DNA of 64,000 nt from an uncultured Verrucomicrobiae bacterium (GCA_963837955.1 CAWIPH010000001.1:416001-480000); one strand, 5' to 3'. Positions 48,069-58,863 are shown, counted from the first letter of the stretch. Numbers and translations: made by a program. Notes: generated by a model from the sequence alone, not told the origin.

Positions 48069-50111
48069 TTAATTAGCTAAATTCGCGGCCCTTTTACCAC
48101 TCTCGATTATCATACGACGAAAACAGGCGTTTGCAGGGGTTTGTAGGTCCGGGTCCTGGTCCAGAATGACGCGGGCAATGCCTCTCGCTTCATCGATTAG
48201 ATGTCCGTCTTTCAGCAGATCGGCTAAACGCAATGGCGGAAGCCCGCTCTGTTCAGTGCCGAGCAGATCTCCCGGACCACGAAACTGAAGATCGGCCTCC
48301 GCGATTTCAAATCCATTGTCGCTGTTCTCCAAGATTTTCAGTTTGGCCAACGGCACCGGGTCTTTACTGTCGGTCAGGAGCACACAATAGCTCTGATGGT
48401 TGCTGCGTCCGATTCGCCCCCGCAGTTGATGAAGTTGCGCCAGTCCAAAACGTTCGGCGTTTTCGATCAGCATGACGGTTGCATTTGGCACATCGACACC
48501 GACTTCGATGACGGTGGTCGAAATCAACACTTCGACCTGTCCCGAGCGAAATCGAGCCATTACCGATTCTTTCTCTTCTGGAGTCAGTCGCCCGTGCAGC
48601 AACCCGCAAGCGGCCGGGGCGAGAAGTTCACTCCACCGGGCGAATTCGGTGGTCGCCGCCTTGACGCTGAGAGACTCCGATTCCTCAATGACCGGATAGA
48701 TAATATAAATCTGACGGCCGGCTTTCAGGCGTTCCTTCAGAAACGCGGTCGCTTCCGGAATCTTAGCCGTGGATCTTACGCCGGTGATAACCGGGCGTCG
48801 ATCGGCCGGTTTCTCATCGAGAACCGAAACGTCGAGGTCGCCGTACAGCGTCATTGCCAAGGTTCGGGGGATCGGCGTGGCTGTCATTACCAGCAGGTCC
48901 GGTACTGGTTTCCTTTGCACTAGTTGGGCCCGTTGGAGGACGCCAAATTTATGCTGTTCATCAATCACAACCAATCCTAGGCGGGAAAAGGAGTCGGTAT
49001 CGTACAGCAAAGCGTGAGTGCCGACGACCGCGTCGGCTTCGCCTTCGAGAGGAAGGAACGTCTCTTCTTTTCGGACGCTGGTACGCAGCGCAAGCTTGAG
49101 ACCCAGAGGCTGGAGCCACTCCACCAGGCCGCGGTAATGCTGCTCGGCCAGGACCTGGGTCGGCGCCATGAGGGCGGCCTGGAATCCGGCCTCGATGACA
49201 GAGACCATAGCGGTCACGGCAACGAAGGTCTTGCCGGCGCCGACATCGCCTTGCAAAAGGCGTGCCATGGGTCGCGGGGCGGCCAGGTCGAGGCGAATCT
49301 CGTCCATCGTGCGAAGCTGCGCCTTGGTCGGCTGGAAGCTTAGCCGGCTGAGAAACTTCGAGAGGATCTTTCCGGTTCCGGCATGCGATTCTCCACCTCC
49401 GTCGAGCGCCGTCCGACGACGCTTTTCTACCACCAGTTGCATACCGACTAACTCGGCCAGGGCCAAAGTTTGGCGCGCTTTTTCCAGTTCATCCCACGTT
49501 CCAGGAAAATGCAGTTGCCGGAGAGCAGTTCGCAGCGAGGCGACGTAGCCCGGAAGAACCGGCCGATCCTGGATAACGTCCAACTCTTCAAGTCCTCGGT
49601 ACAGCAGCTCGCGCAACGCTCGCTGGCGCAAACCTTCGGTGAGCGGATATATCGGCGTGATCCGGTCGAGGTGAATCAGGTTCTCATCAGTCTCATCGAC
49701 AATCTCAAATTCCGGGTGGTCAAAATAGATGCGATTTCGCACGTCCTTTGGGCGACCGAAAAGAACGACTGTTTGACCCACCGCTAGCATGCGCTGGATA
49801 TAGTGTTGATTGAACCAGCGGCAGGTGATCCGACCGCTCAGCGCCGTATTGCTGCCTTCCTCTACCGTGGCCTCAACGATCTTCCTCCTGGCAAAATAAC
49901 GGGCCGTTACTTTGGTGATAATGCCCCGGATGCAGGTCGGAGTTTCGGAACTCGCACTTGGGAACCGGCCAAAACGAGAACGATCTTCGTGGCGCCGGGG
50001 ATAATGTTCGAGAAGGTCACGCCAGGTCTCGACTCCCAGGCGAGCCAATCCTCGTCCCAACGATGGGTTGACCCAGGGAAGCTCTCGAATAGGAGTTTCT
50101 AGAGGATCCAT
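48069..50111 (-). CDS. recG: ATP-dependent DNA helicase RecG
   Basis: QGDVGAGKT, DEQH, TATPIPRT, QLRGRIGR, DLQFRGPG. Confidence 0.96.
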   Translation of the reverse strand: MDPLETPIRELPWVNPSLGRGLARLGVETWRDLLEHYPRRHEDRSRFGRFPSASSETPTCIRGIITKVTARYFARRKIVEATVEEGSNTALSGRITCRWFNQHYIQRMLAVGQTVVLFGRPKDVRNRIYFDHPEFEIVDETDENLIHLDRITPIYPLTEGLRQRALRELLYRGLEELDVIQDRPVLPGYVASLRTALRQLHFPGTWDELEKARQTLALAELVGMQLVVEKRRRTALDGGGESHAGTGKILSKFLSRLSFQPTKAQLRTMDEIRLDLAAPRPMARLLQGDVGAGKTFVAVTAMVSVIEAGFQAALMAPTQVLAEQHYRGLVEWLQPLGLKLALRTSVRKEETFLPLEGEADAVVGTHALLYDTDSFSRLGLVVIDEQHKFGVLQRAQLVQRKPVPDLLVMTATPIPRTLAMTLYGDLDVSVLDEKPADRRPVITGVRSTAKIPEATAFLKERLKAGRQIYIIYPVIEESESLSVKAATTEFARWSELLAPAACGLLHGRLTPEEKESVMARFRSGQVEVLISTTVIEVGVDVPNATVMLIENAERFGLAQLHQLRGRIGRSNHQSYCVLLTDSKDPVPLAKLKILENSDNGFEIAEADLQFRGPGDLLGTEQSGLPPLRLADLLKDGHLIDEARGIARVILDQDPDLQTPANACFRRMIIESGKRAANLAN

Positions 50112-50122
50112 CGAACAGCTTC

Positions 50123-51826
50123 TTAATGGTCGCGGTGACAGCGAATTGCTTCGATCTGCAGTTGCAATTCGAGACGATCGCGGAACAGATTGGTTTCTAA
50201 GAAGAATGCGATATCCCAAGGTGGCGGCGGCAGCGGGACGTTTCCACCTCGAAAGTGGATAGCTCGTAGCAGCTTCCCGTCGTGCCGTACGCTGAATGCC
50301 CGATGTTTGTCTTTCAGAAGGCGCGATTCTCCGACCGGCTCAGCGCCCCGCAAACAGAGCAAGGGTGCAGGATTACCAATCCCGAATGGCTGGAGTCTTT
50401 CGTATCCAGTTAAGAACTCAAAGTCTAGTTCCCGTCCGGAGACTTCCGCGTCGATCATATATTTCGGAGTCAACAGATCGATTGACAGATTTTCTCGAGC
50501 CGTCGTCAAAAACATTTCCGTGAACAACGCCAATTGGTCGAACTGTAGTGTGACTCCTGCGGCCATCGCGTGGCCGCCAAATTGGGTCAAGACTGCGTTA
50601 CATTCCTCGAGGGCGCGCACGAGCGAAAATCCAGGGATGCTTCGGCCACTCCCTTTCCCGATTCCATCCTCGTCGAAGCCAATCACGATCGCTGGACGAT
50701 GGAAGTGTCGCATCAATCTCGATGCGACAATGCCAACTACGCCGGGATGCCAGCCGTGAGAGCCGACGACGATGGCTGCAGACTGGGGATCAAAACCGGT
50801 GGCTAAGAGCGCAAAGGCTTCATCTACTGTGGTTTGCTCGACCGCTTGCCTTTCCCGATTTTGCCGATCGAGCGATTCCGCCAGCCGGTCGGCTTCGGCT
50901 GGGTTCTCGGTCAGCAAGAGGTCTAGAGCCTCTTGGGCGACACCGAGGCGTCCTGCCGCGTTCAGTCGCGGGCCGAGCCGGAACGCGACTTCTTCGGCTT
51001 TCACCATTCCCTCGATCCCCGCTCGACGCATTAGAGCGCGCAAACCAACCCATCGGCTGGCCCAGAGTTGTTTGAGCCCGTGAGAGGCCAGCGTGCGGTT
51101 TTCCCCGATCAATGGCGCTAGATCCGCTACGGTTCCCACGGCGACCAAGTCCAGGAAATGCTTCAGGTCAACTTCGGGTAGTCTCCGCTGTTTGAGTAGC
51201 CCATGGCAAAGCTTAAAGACCAGTCCCACCGTGCAAAGATAATGGAAGCTCGGACCGATCTTTGGATTGATCAGGGCCCGGCATTTGGGAAGCTGCGATT
51301 TCGGTTCATGATGGTCAACGACGATGACGTCCGTTCCCTGAGCCTCGATGGCGGCGACTTGCTCCAATGAAGTCGTTCCACAATCGAGCGCAATAAAGAG
51401 CTCCGGCTGATAAAGCTCGAGGCAGCGATTTACCCCTTCGGCGGACAGCCCATAACCTTCATCAATCCGATGGGGAAGAAACTGCGTCGGTTCGGCTCCA
51501 TACGATCGCAAGATTCGCGTAAGCATCGCGACGGACGTCACGCCATCCACATCGTAATCTCCGTAAAGTACGATCTTCTGCCCGCGGTCGATCGCCCCAA
51601 AGATTCGATCTACTGCTTCTCGTATGCCCGGCAAGAGAAAAGGGTCGGTCAAATCCTGGAGCTTGGGGTGGAGAAATCTTCTTGCTTCGGCGACCTCGCC
51701 AAACCCGGCTTTGACTAGAAGTCCCGAGAGAGAGGCAGGAAGTTGAAGCTCCCGGCTCAAGAGAAGAACGCTAGCGTCAACATCGCGTGCGGGAAAATGC
51801 CAGACGCGATCCAAGTTTGTGCTCAT
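50123..51826 (-). CDS. recJ: ssDNA-specific exonuclease RecJ
   Basis: YGDYDVDG, DHH, PRLNAAGR, GGHAMAAG. Confidence 0.96.
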   Translation of the reverse strand: MSTNLDRVWHFPARDVDASVLLLSRELQLPASLSGLLVKAGFGEVAEARRFLHPKLQDLTDPFLLPGIREAVDRIFGAIDRGQKIVLYGDYDVDGVTSVAMLTRILRSYGAEPTQFLPHRIDEGYGLSAEGVNRCLELYQPELFIALDCGTTSLEQVAAIEAQGTDVIVVDHHEPKSQLPKCRALINPKIGPSFHYLCTVGLVFKLCHGLLKQRRLPEVDLKHFLDLVAVGTVADLAPLIGENRTLASHGLKQLWASRWVGLRALMRRAGIEGMVKAEEVAFRLGPRLNAAGRLGVAQEALDLLLTENPAEADRLAESLDRQNRERQAVEQTTVDEAFALLATGFDPQSAAIVVGSHGWHPGVVGIVASRLMRHFHRPAIVIGFDEDGIGKGSGRSIPGFSLVRALEECNAVLTQFGGHAMAAGVTLQFDQLALFTEMFLTTARENLSIDLLTPKYMIDAEVSGRELDFEFLTGYERLQPFGIGNPAPLLCLRGAEPVGESRLLKDKHRAFSVRHDGKLLRAIHFRGGNVPLPPPPWDIAFFLETNLFRDRLELQLQIEAIRCHRDH

Positions 51827-51856
51827 CTTCGGAACACTGCGAAAGATAAATTCACT

Positions 51857-52636
51857 TTACGTCAGCGTTTGTTCATCGGGCGGACGGATAAGGAGACCGT
51901 GCTCGGCCAGAAAGCGCTTCACGTCCGCGACGGTGAACTCTCCAAAGTGGAAGATACTGGCTGCTAAAACTGCATCGGCTTTGCCCTCGCGCAGGACGGA
52001 TTCCAGATGAGCTAGGGTCCCGGCTCCGCCACTGGCAATCACGGGAATGCCGATCGCCGTGCTAACGGCGGACGTGAGCTCCAGGTCGTAGCCATCTTTT
52101 GTTCCGTCCGCATCCATACTCGTCAACAGAATCTCACCTGCGCCGAGAGCCTCTACCTTTTTTGCCCATTCAATTGCATCGAGTGACGTCGGATGACGCC
52201 CACCATGGGTAAACACGCGCCAGGTACCGTTATTTTCCCTTTTCGCATCTATTGCGACTACAATACACTGCACGCCAAACGTCTCGGCCGCTTCTGAGAT
52301 AAGTTCCGGACGCTGGATAGCCGCAGTGTTGATACTTACTTTGTCAGCGCCGGCCAACAACATATCCCGCACGTCGGAAACACTTCGAATGCCGCCTCCG
52401 ACCGTCAACGGCATGAAACATTCGTTTGCTGTGCGTTCCACGACGTCGATCATGGTTTTCCGGTGATCAGAGGATGCCGTGATGTCGAGGAACACCAGTT
52501 CGTCCGCTCCTTGCCGGTTGTACTCTTTGGCGCATTCCACCGGGTCGCCCGCATCGCGCAATTGCAGGAAACGGGTTCCTTTGACGACCCGCCCTTCGGT
52601 TACGTCGAGGCATGGAATAATGCGTTTGGCGAGCAT
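51857..52636 (-). CDS. hisF: Imidazole glycerol phosphate synthase subunit HisF
   Basis: [28 protein letters not shown]. Confidence 0.97.
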   Translation of the reverse strand: MLAKRIIPCLDVTEGRVVKGTRFLQLRDAGDPVECAKEYNRQGADELVFLDITASSDHRKTMIDVVERTANECFMPLTVGGGIRSVSDVRDMLLAGADKVSINTAAIQRPELISEAAETFGVQCIVVAIDAKRENNGTWRVFTHGGRHPTSLDAIEWAKKVEALGAGEILLTSMDADGTKDGYDLELTSAVSTAIGIPVIASGGAGTLAHLESVLREGKADAVLAASIFHFGEFTVADVKRFLAEHGLLIRPPDEQTLT

Positions 52637-52702
52637 GTAAGCGAAGCTAACTTAAAATTTGGGCCAACAATCCGCAACAGATACGGAACGACAACCCCGC
52701 GC

Positions 52703-52856
52703 GGGTAGGGCGATACAGTCCGGCAAAAGCCGCGTTTGATAGGACGCCCGTATGTGCCGGACTGCGAGCCTTTGCGGCGGCTGTGCACTTTCGGCGCTTG
52801 TTGTTGGCTCACACACCTCATCTCGCTGTCGCTCAACGTCGTGTATCGCCCTACCC
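52703..52856. repeat. GTAG-ended REPIN/MITE-like element
   Basis: 14-bp perfect terminal inverted repeats GGGTAGGGCGATAC / GTATCGCCCTACCC. Confidence 0.8.
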
Positions 52857-52857
52857 A

Positions 52858-53748
52858 TCATGCCGGCCTCTTGTTCACCGCTAAAAATCTCACATTTCGC
52901 TGTAACGTATCGAACAACAGGTCTCGGAGAAGGTTGACGAGCGGTGACTTTTCGTTCTCTCGCGAAATCAAATACAAATGAATGAGCGGAAGCGCCTTCA
53001 ATCCGGTTAGCCGGTTGTTCATGGTTAATCCTTTCGGAACGCCCAGCGGCGTCCGAACCGTAATGCCTAACCCGGCTTCCACTGCAGCCCAGGTACCGGA
53101 GAGGCTCGGACTTGTGAAAGTTCGCCGCCATGCCCGGTTTCCCAAATTCTCCAGAGCAGTCGCGCGAAAAGCGCATGGCGCTTCGAATAGAACAAGCTTT
53201 AGCTCTTCATCTGGTTGAGGCGGATGTTTCCAGATCCAAACCATTGGCAGTTTCCCGACTGGTTGTGCGGTAAAGCCGTTGCCCGGATGCGCGAAGCCGA
53301 ACATGATGGCCAAATCAAGGCCTCGTCGCTGGAGCGCGCTGAGGAGGTCGGTCGAACGCTCGACGCGGACCTCCATCTCGACTGCGGGATGGGCGCGACT
53401 AAACGATGCTAGAGCGGAAGGAAGGATCGTTTCGGCGAAATCCTGCAACATACCGAGCCGGATCTTGCCACGCACCTTCAGGCCCGCGACGGCTTGAACT
53501 GCTTCATCATTCAGAGCGAGCAGACGTCGGGCGTACTCTAGAAGAGCAAATCCACTTTCGGTTAATTGGATGCTGCGGCCGGCTTTCTCGAACAGTTCGA
53601 TGCCAGCCAAATCTTCGAGACGTCTCATTTGCAAACTTACCGCTGACTGGGTTCTGCCGACCGAACGCGCGGCATCCCGAAAACTTCCCTGGTCGTGTGC
53701 CAAGATCAGCGTGCGCAGAAGATCAAGATCAAACAAGGGCAGATTCAT
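52858..53748 (-). CDS. LysR-family transcriptional regulator
   Basis: N-terminal HTH GSFRDAA...TQSAVSLQMRRLE. Confidence 0.94.
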   Translation of the reverse strand: MNLPLFDLDLLRTLILAHDQGSFRDAARSVGRTQSAVSLQMRRLEDLAGIELFEKAGRSIQLTESGFALLEYARRLLALNDEAVQAVAGLKVRGKIRLGMLQDFAETILPSALASFSRAHPAVEMEVRVERSTDLLSALQRRGLDLAIMFGFAHPGNGFTAQPVGKLPMVWIWKHPPQPDEELKLVLFEAPCAFRATALENLGNRAWRRTFTSPSLSGTWAAVEAGLGITVRTPLGVPKGLTMNNRLTGLKALPLIHLYLISRENEKSPLVNLLRDLLFDTLQRNVRFLAVNKRPA

Positions 53749-53823
53749 AGATGAGAAAAATTAAAGTATGATGCATAATAAATCAAAATTGATAAAGCAA
53801 TAGTGCAAGCGTTTCTTAGCACC

Positions 53824-54408
53824 ATGAGCTATCCAAATTTTTCTAATGCGGTTCTGATGCAGTACGAGACACCGTTGCCGGATGATTTCGATATGGATGG
53901 TGTCCGCAGGCGGGTTCAGGAAAAGGCGGCATTGTTTGATCAAATGCCCGGTCTGCTTGTGAAATTCTATGCTGTGAATGAAGTATCCAGCGCTACTTCA
54001 AACGAATATTCCTCGATTTACCTCTGGTCGGGCCCCAAGTTCCTGACAGGTTTCTTCACGGGCGACTTTTTCGAAAACTATGCGAACGCTTTTGGGCGGC
54101 CGACTCCGCGATGGGCGTTAGTGGACCGGGTAGACGGGGATATAAACCAGCTGCAACGGGCACGAACAGCAATTCGCCAGACAATCGGGATCCCGCGCAA
54201 AACGCACATTGGCCAGTTTGTGAAGACTTGGGAAAAGCGACAGGATTCATCGAATCTGCTGGCCCGAGTATTCGCCATTGATCCTGCGCGTTGGGAGGTG
54301 GTCGACTTTCAGTTCACAGCCGAACGCGTTGCTCACCCGGTGGGAGTGAATGCGCATCTGTACGACATCGCGCACGTATCGCTGCCTGGGGCTACGCATG
54401 ACAAATGA
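53824..54408 (+). CDS. DUF4865-like (dimeric alpha-beta barrel) protein
   Basis: MQYETPLPDDFDM..VRRRV...PGLLVKFY...YLW; divergent from the LysR gene. Confidence 0.7.
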   Translation: MSYPNFSNAVLMQYETPLPDDFDMDGVRRRVQEKAALFDQMPGLLVKFYAVNEVSSATSNEYSSIYLWSGPKFLTGFFTGDFFENYANAFGRPTPRWALVDRVDGDINQLQRARTAIRQTIGIPRKTHIGQFVKTWEKRQDSSNLLARVFAIDPARWEVVDFQFTAERVAHPVGVNAHLYDIAHVSLPGATHDK

Positions 54409-54436
54409 CAAATGACAAAAGGGAGCCTCTCCTCTT

Positions 54437-54481
54437 CCGGCGTTCCCGGCGCTGTCGGCGTTGTCGGCGCTACCGGCGTTT
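54437..54481 (-). repeat. 9-mer A(A/G)CGCCG array after the gdhA stop
   Basis: Five units on the minus strand. Confidence 0.85.
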
Positions 54482-54486
54482 CCCAA

Positions 54487-55752
54487 CTAGGGGAACAATC
54501 CAAAATCTTGGCGGGCTTTCAGGACGCGCTCGACCGCCGTCGCTAAGGCAGAGATACGATGCGGAATCCGCTGTTGCTTGGATCTTCGCGTTACTGTCAC
54601 AAAGGCTTGTTCCATCGTTCTTTGCAGCCGATCGAGAATTTCGCTTCGGCTCCAGAAAAAACTTTGCAGCCCTTGCACCCATTCAAAGTAAGAAACCACG
54701 ACACCACCTGCGTTACATAAGATATCCGGGATGACGAAAATCTCGTTCCAGCGATCAAAAAGTATACTGTCCGCCTCAGTGGTCGTCGGCCCGTTGGCCG
54801 CTTCTGCTAGAATGCGACACTGTAGTTTCCCAGCATTCTTTCCATGGATGACACCGCTCACCGCGGCGGGCACCAGTACGTCGCAAGGCAAAGTCAATAG
54901 ATCGTCCCGGCTAATCGGCTCGGCGCCATCAAAATTTCGCAGATCTCCGTTTTCGAGAACATGGCTCTGAGCTCTCCAGATATCGATGCCGCTCTTGTCG
55001 TAGTAAGAGCCGTAGGCATCGCCGAGCCCGACGATTTTCATTCCGTTCCGGTAAGCCAGCCCATGCGCGACGACCGATCCTACATTCCCAAATCCTTGAA
55101 TAACCGCGGTACGGCCCGGCAACTTCAATTTTATTAAATCGGCTGCGCGTTCAATCAGGTAGACTACGCCGAAGCCGGTGGCTTCCCGGCGACCGGTGGT
55201 TCCTCCGATACTCACCGGCTTTCCGGTCACAATGCCAGGTTCCGAGTATCCGAGGTACGATGAATAAGTGTCCATGAACCACGCCATGACCCGTTCATCC
55301 GTCCCCATGTCCGGACCCATGATGTCCGTCTTAGGACCAACAAACGGGATCATTTCTTGCATGTAGCGTCGAGAAACCCTCTCGAGTTCAAACAGGCTCA
55401 ACTGGGTGGGATCAATGCGTACTCCTCCTTTGGCACCGCCATACGGAAGGCCGGCCAGCGCGCATTTCCAGCTCATCCAGATCGCTAAGGCTGCAACCTC
55501 CCCCATCGTAACCGTCGGAGCGAATCGGATCCCACCTTTGGTTGGTCCCATCGCGAGATGATGCTGCACCCGATATCCTTCAAAGACCTGAATTGATCCG
55601 TCGTCCATTTTGACTGGCAACGAGACCGCAATAGATCGTTTTGGCCAGAAAAGGGGTTCGCGAACACTCTGGGGAATATCGAGGTGCTTAGCGATCAGCT
55701 CGAACTGCTTCAATGCGATACTGAAGGCCGGATCATCGAAGAAGTGGTCCAT
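54487..55752 (-). CDS. gdhA: Glu/Leu/Phe/Val dehydrogenase (glutamate dehydrogenase)
   Basis: GPTKGGIRF, GGAKGG, QGFGNVG, NAGGVVVSYFEW. Confidence 0.9.
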   Translation of the reverse strand: MDHFFDDPAFSIALKQFELIAKHLDIPQSVREPLFWPKRSIAVSLPVKMDDGSIQVFEGYRVQHHLAMGPTKGGIRFAPTVTMGEVAALAIWMSWKCALAGLPYGGAKGGVRIDPTQLSLFELERVSRRYMQEMIPFVGPKTDIMGPDMGTDERVMAWFMDTYSSYLGYSEPGIVTGKPVSIGGTTGRREATGFGVVYLIERAADLIKLKLPGRTAVIQGFGNVGSVVAHGLAYRNGMKIVGLGDAYGSYYDKSGIDIWRAQSHVLENGDLRNFDGAEPISRDDLLTLPCDVLVPAAVSGVIHGKNAGKLQCRILAEAANGPTTTEADSILFDRWNEIFVIPDILCNAGGVVVSYFEWVQGLQSFFWSRSEILDRLQRTMEQAFVTVTRRSKQQRIPHRISALATAVERVLKARQDFGLFP

Positions 55753-55855
55753 CGATCTGTCGGAGGGAAAACGGGGAGGATTAGGGGTTAGAATCTAGGA
55801 GTTAGAATAAAGTATCAAGCGTCAAGAAGCTAACCACGGGGTTAAAATCCCGGGC

Positions 55856-56024
55856 GGGAGGGATCGCAGCCTGTCCGACATAGCTTTTGACGCATCACGC
55901 TCAACCGTGCGCTTCTGCGACGTCGGATCCTCGCGATCCGGCGGCGTACGAGGATCCGACGTCGCGCTCAAACATTCTGCAGCAGGCATCCAAAGGCTAT
56001 GTCGGACAGGCTGTGCGCCCTCCC
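55856..56024. repeat. GGAG-ended long palindromic element (full copy)
   Basis: CAGCCTGTCCGACATAGC / GCTATGTCGGACAGGCTG and GCGACGTCGGATCCTCG / CGAGGATCCGACGTCGC arms. Confidence 0.9.
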
Positions 56025-56084
56025 CGCACCCTTCGGGGCAGAGAACCAGAAAAGCCAATAGCCAATGTCCAATCGCCAAGAAGG

Positions 56085-57254
56085 TTAACCGTTCTCCCAC
56101 ACCTTCCGGTATAGTTCTTCGATCTCTTCTGAGGTCGGCACGCGCGGATTGTTTGCCGGCGAACCGGAAGCCAGTGCCTGTTTAGCCATCGTTGGCAGAC
56201 TTCCGAACCAATCTTGTTCAGGGATTCCGTATCCGCGCGGTGTTGGTACCTTTAGCCGCTGATTCAGCTCTCTTAGACCGTGAACCAGAGCGGCGGTCGC
56301 AGGATCATCTTCTGCTTCGTTCGGGACAAGAACCATAGCGCGCGCGCAATCGGCATAGCGCTTCTTAGCTGCCCCAATTGAAAACGCCGTCACGGTGGGC
56401 AAAAGCATGGCGTTAGATAGTCCGTGTGGCACGTGGAACTTGGCTCCGATTGGCCTGCTCATGCCGTGCACCAGCGCTACACTCGAATTCGAGAACGCGA
56501 TTCCGGCCTGGGTCGCTGCCTGCATCATAGCTTCCCGTGAGGCTCGATTTTCCGGCTCAAAACAGGCTATCGGTAGGTGCCGCCAGATCGCCTTCATGGC
56601 TGTGAGAGCAAATCCATCAGCAAACGGATTAGCCAACTTGCTGACGTACGCTTCGATCGCGTGGGTCAACGAGTCAACGCCGGTGTCAGCTGTCAATCGC
56701 ATCGGTTTGCTTAGGGTCAACTCGTAGTCCACGATCGCCGCCGTTGGCAGGTAAGCCAGTCCGATGCAGAGCATCTTTTCGCCACTCTCTTCGTCAGTCA
56801 CAATAGTGAATCGAGTCGCATCGGACCCAGTCCCCGCCGTCGTCGGAATCGCGATAATCGGGAGACCTGAGACATCCTGTTGATGCGGCGTTTTGTAATC
56901 ACGCATTTTGCCGCCGTGCACTCCGAGCGTTGCTACCGCTTTTGCGGTGTCGATTGAACTGCCTCCGCCTAGTCCGATTACGCAATCGTAAGTTCCAGCC
57001 TGTAAAGCCTGCAGCCCCGACTCGACTGAAGAGGTTGTCGGATCCGGCACACTCCCGGAGAATATGCCGGCGCCGCTGATACCCGATCCCTTAAGGATCT
57101 CGCCCAAGCGATCAGCCAATCCCTGCTTCGCAAAGAAAGCATCAGTCACGACGAGCGGAGCGTGCAGCCCGAGCATTTGCAAAACCTGACCTGTTTCCCT
57201 AAACGCTCCGCCTCCGATTCGAAGTATCCGCGGTAAAGCGATTTTTGCGATCAT
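56085..57254 (-). CDS. Iron-containing alcohol dehydrogenase
   Basis: GGGSSIDTAK, PTTAGTGS, DSLTHAIE, HGMS, PHG. Confidence 0.93.
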   Translation of the reverse strand: MIAKIALPRILRIGGGAFRETGQVLQMLGLHAPLVVTDAFFAKQGLADRLGEILKGSGISGAGIFSGSVPDPTTSSVESGLQALQAGTYDCVIGLGGGSSIDTAKAVATLGVHGGKMRDYKTPHQQDVSGLPIIAIPTTAGTGSDATRFTIVTDEESGEKMLCIGLAYLPTAAIVDYELTLSKPMRLTADTGVDSLTHAIEAYVSKLANPFADGFALTAMKAIWRHLPIACFEPENRASREAMMQAATQAGIAFSNSSVALVHGMSRPIGAKFHVPHGLSNAMLLPTVTAFSIGAAKKRYADCARAMVLVPNEAEDDPATAALVHGLRELNQRLKVPTPRGYGIPEQDWFGSLPTMAKQALASGSPANNPRVPTSEEIEELYRKVWENG

Positions 57255-57309
57255 GAGGTTGGGGTGGAGGAGGCAACCTGCAACTTGTAACTTGCTAACT
57301 TGTAACCTG

Positions 57310-58362
57310 TTACTGGATATACGGTCCAAGCAAGGAGAGATCAGCCGGGCTGAGTCGCTCCTTGGCGGTTTTGGCTTGATGCCAGTAGGGATAGAGTAAT
57401 AGCGGTGCGCTGACCTTATCGAGCCGAACTCGTTCCTCGGGTGAGAGCCGCACGTTAGCAGCAGCGAGGTTATCGGCCAACTGCTCTTCGGTGCGAGCAC
57501 CAATGATAAGAGAGGTCACTCCGGGACGGCCCAGCAGGTAGGCCAAAGCGATTTGAGCTGCGGAGACCTTGTGCGTCTCCCCAAGTTCGAGCAGCAAATC
57601 AATGATGTTGTAGAGCTGTTCTTCGTTGTAAATGGGAGGTTCGCCCCAGTTGTTGAAATGACGTGACCCTTCCGGGGTTTTTTGGCCACGGCGATATTTG
57701 CCAGATAAAAGCCCACCAGCCAAAGGGCTCCAAACCAGGATCCCAAGGCCTTGATCCAACGTGATTGGGACGAGCTCGTATTCGGCATCCCGAGCTTGCA
57801 ACGAGTAATAGATCTGCTGGCTCACGAACCGCGCGTAATTTCGGCGATCGGAGACCGCGAGCGCTTTCATCAAATGCCACCCGGAGTAGTTTGAACAGCC
57901 GATGTAGCGGACTTTTCCCGACCGGACAAGGGTATCGAGCGTCTCTAACGTTTCTTCGAGTGGTGTTTCTCCGTCCCATTCATGTATTTGGTAGAGATCG
58001 ATGTGATCGGTCCGGAGCCGGCGCAGGCTATCTTCGCATTCTTTGATGATATGATAACGCGAGGCGCCGCCTTCGTTCGGACCATCGCGCATGACCATCC
58101 TGAACTTGGTGGCAATCAGCACTTCATCGCGACGACCTTCCAAAACTTGACCAAGAATGTCTTCGGATACGCCATGGGAGTAGATATTGGCCGTATCGAA
58201 TAGGTTGACACCTGCCTCCAGGCAGAGGTCCACTTGACGGCGCGCGCCCTTTACGTCCGTTGCGCCGACTTTGCTGAAGAACGTCTGGCCACCGAAGGTC
58301 ATGGTGCCCAGGCTAAGCACCGAAACACGAAGACCGGATTGTCCGAGTTGACGATATTCCAT
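57310..58362 (-). CDS. Aldo/keto reductase
   Basis: LGTMTFG, FDTANIY, DHIDLYQIH, WSPLAGG. Confidence 0.94.
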   Translation of the reverse strand: MEYRQLGQSGLRVSVLSLGTMTFGGQTFFSKVGATDVKGARRQVDLCLEAGVNLFDTANIYSHGVSEDILGQVLEGRRDEVLIATKFRMVMRDGPNEGGASRYHIIKECEDSLRRLRTDHIDLYQIHEWDGETPLEETLETLDTLVRSGKVRYIGCSNYSGWHLMKALAVSDRRNYARFVSQQIYYSLQARDAEYELVPITLDQGLGILVWSPLAGGLLSGKYRRGQKTPEGSRHFNNWGEPPIYNEEQLYNIIDLLLELGETHKVSAAQIALAYLLGRPGVTSLIIGARTEEQLADNLAAANVRLSPEERVRLDKVSAPLLLYPYWHQAKTAKERLSPADLSLLGPYIQ

Positions 58363-58486
58363 ATGGGAACCCATATATCACCGTTTGGCTGTCGCCAAAC
58401 GGTATGACAGATAGCAAATAGCAGATAGCAGATGCCCAAAACGTCGGATCATTCCGCGAAGCTGTAACTTGCAACCTGTAACCCAA

Positions 58487-58834
58487 ATGAATCCATTATT
58501 AGCGAAAATTCGGGAACAACTGCCGAATGAGACCGCACCTGTTGGGCTAGTGGTGCGCGGCGAAGTCCTGGAGGACCAATTGTCCGCCTTCATCAAACTA
58601 GCTCGAGCGACGGAAGAGAGTACACAAAAGGAGCGAGGAAATCTTTTCTACCGATTCTTCTTCAGCCCCAAAGATCCTCTCGAGTATGTGTTACTTGAAA
58701 CCTGGGAAAACTTCCCTGCGCTCGCCGCCCATTTCGAGACGGCGCATTTCAAGCAATTCGCTCAAGGCACCGAGTCACTCACCGGAGAACGATTTTCGAT
58801 CGAGGTACTCTTGAGTCCAGGAGCTAAGGGCTAG
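58487..58834 (+). CDS. ABM-domain (putative quinol monooxygenase) protein
   Basis: ERGNLFY...LLETW...AHFETAHF. Confidence 0.85.
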   Translation: MNPLLAKIREQLPNETAPVGLVVRGEVLEDQLSAFIKLARATEESTQKERGNLFYRFFFSPKDPLEYVLLETWENFPALAAHFETAHFKQFAQGTESLTGERFSIEVLLSPGAKG

Positions 58835-58863
58835 GAGCCAACAAGTCAAAGGGACCGTCCGCC

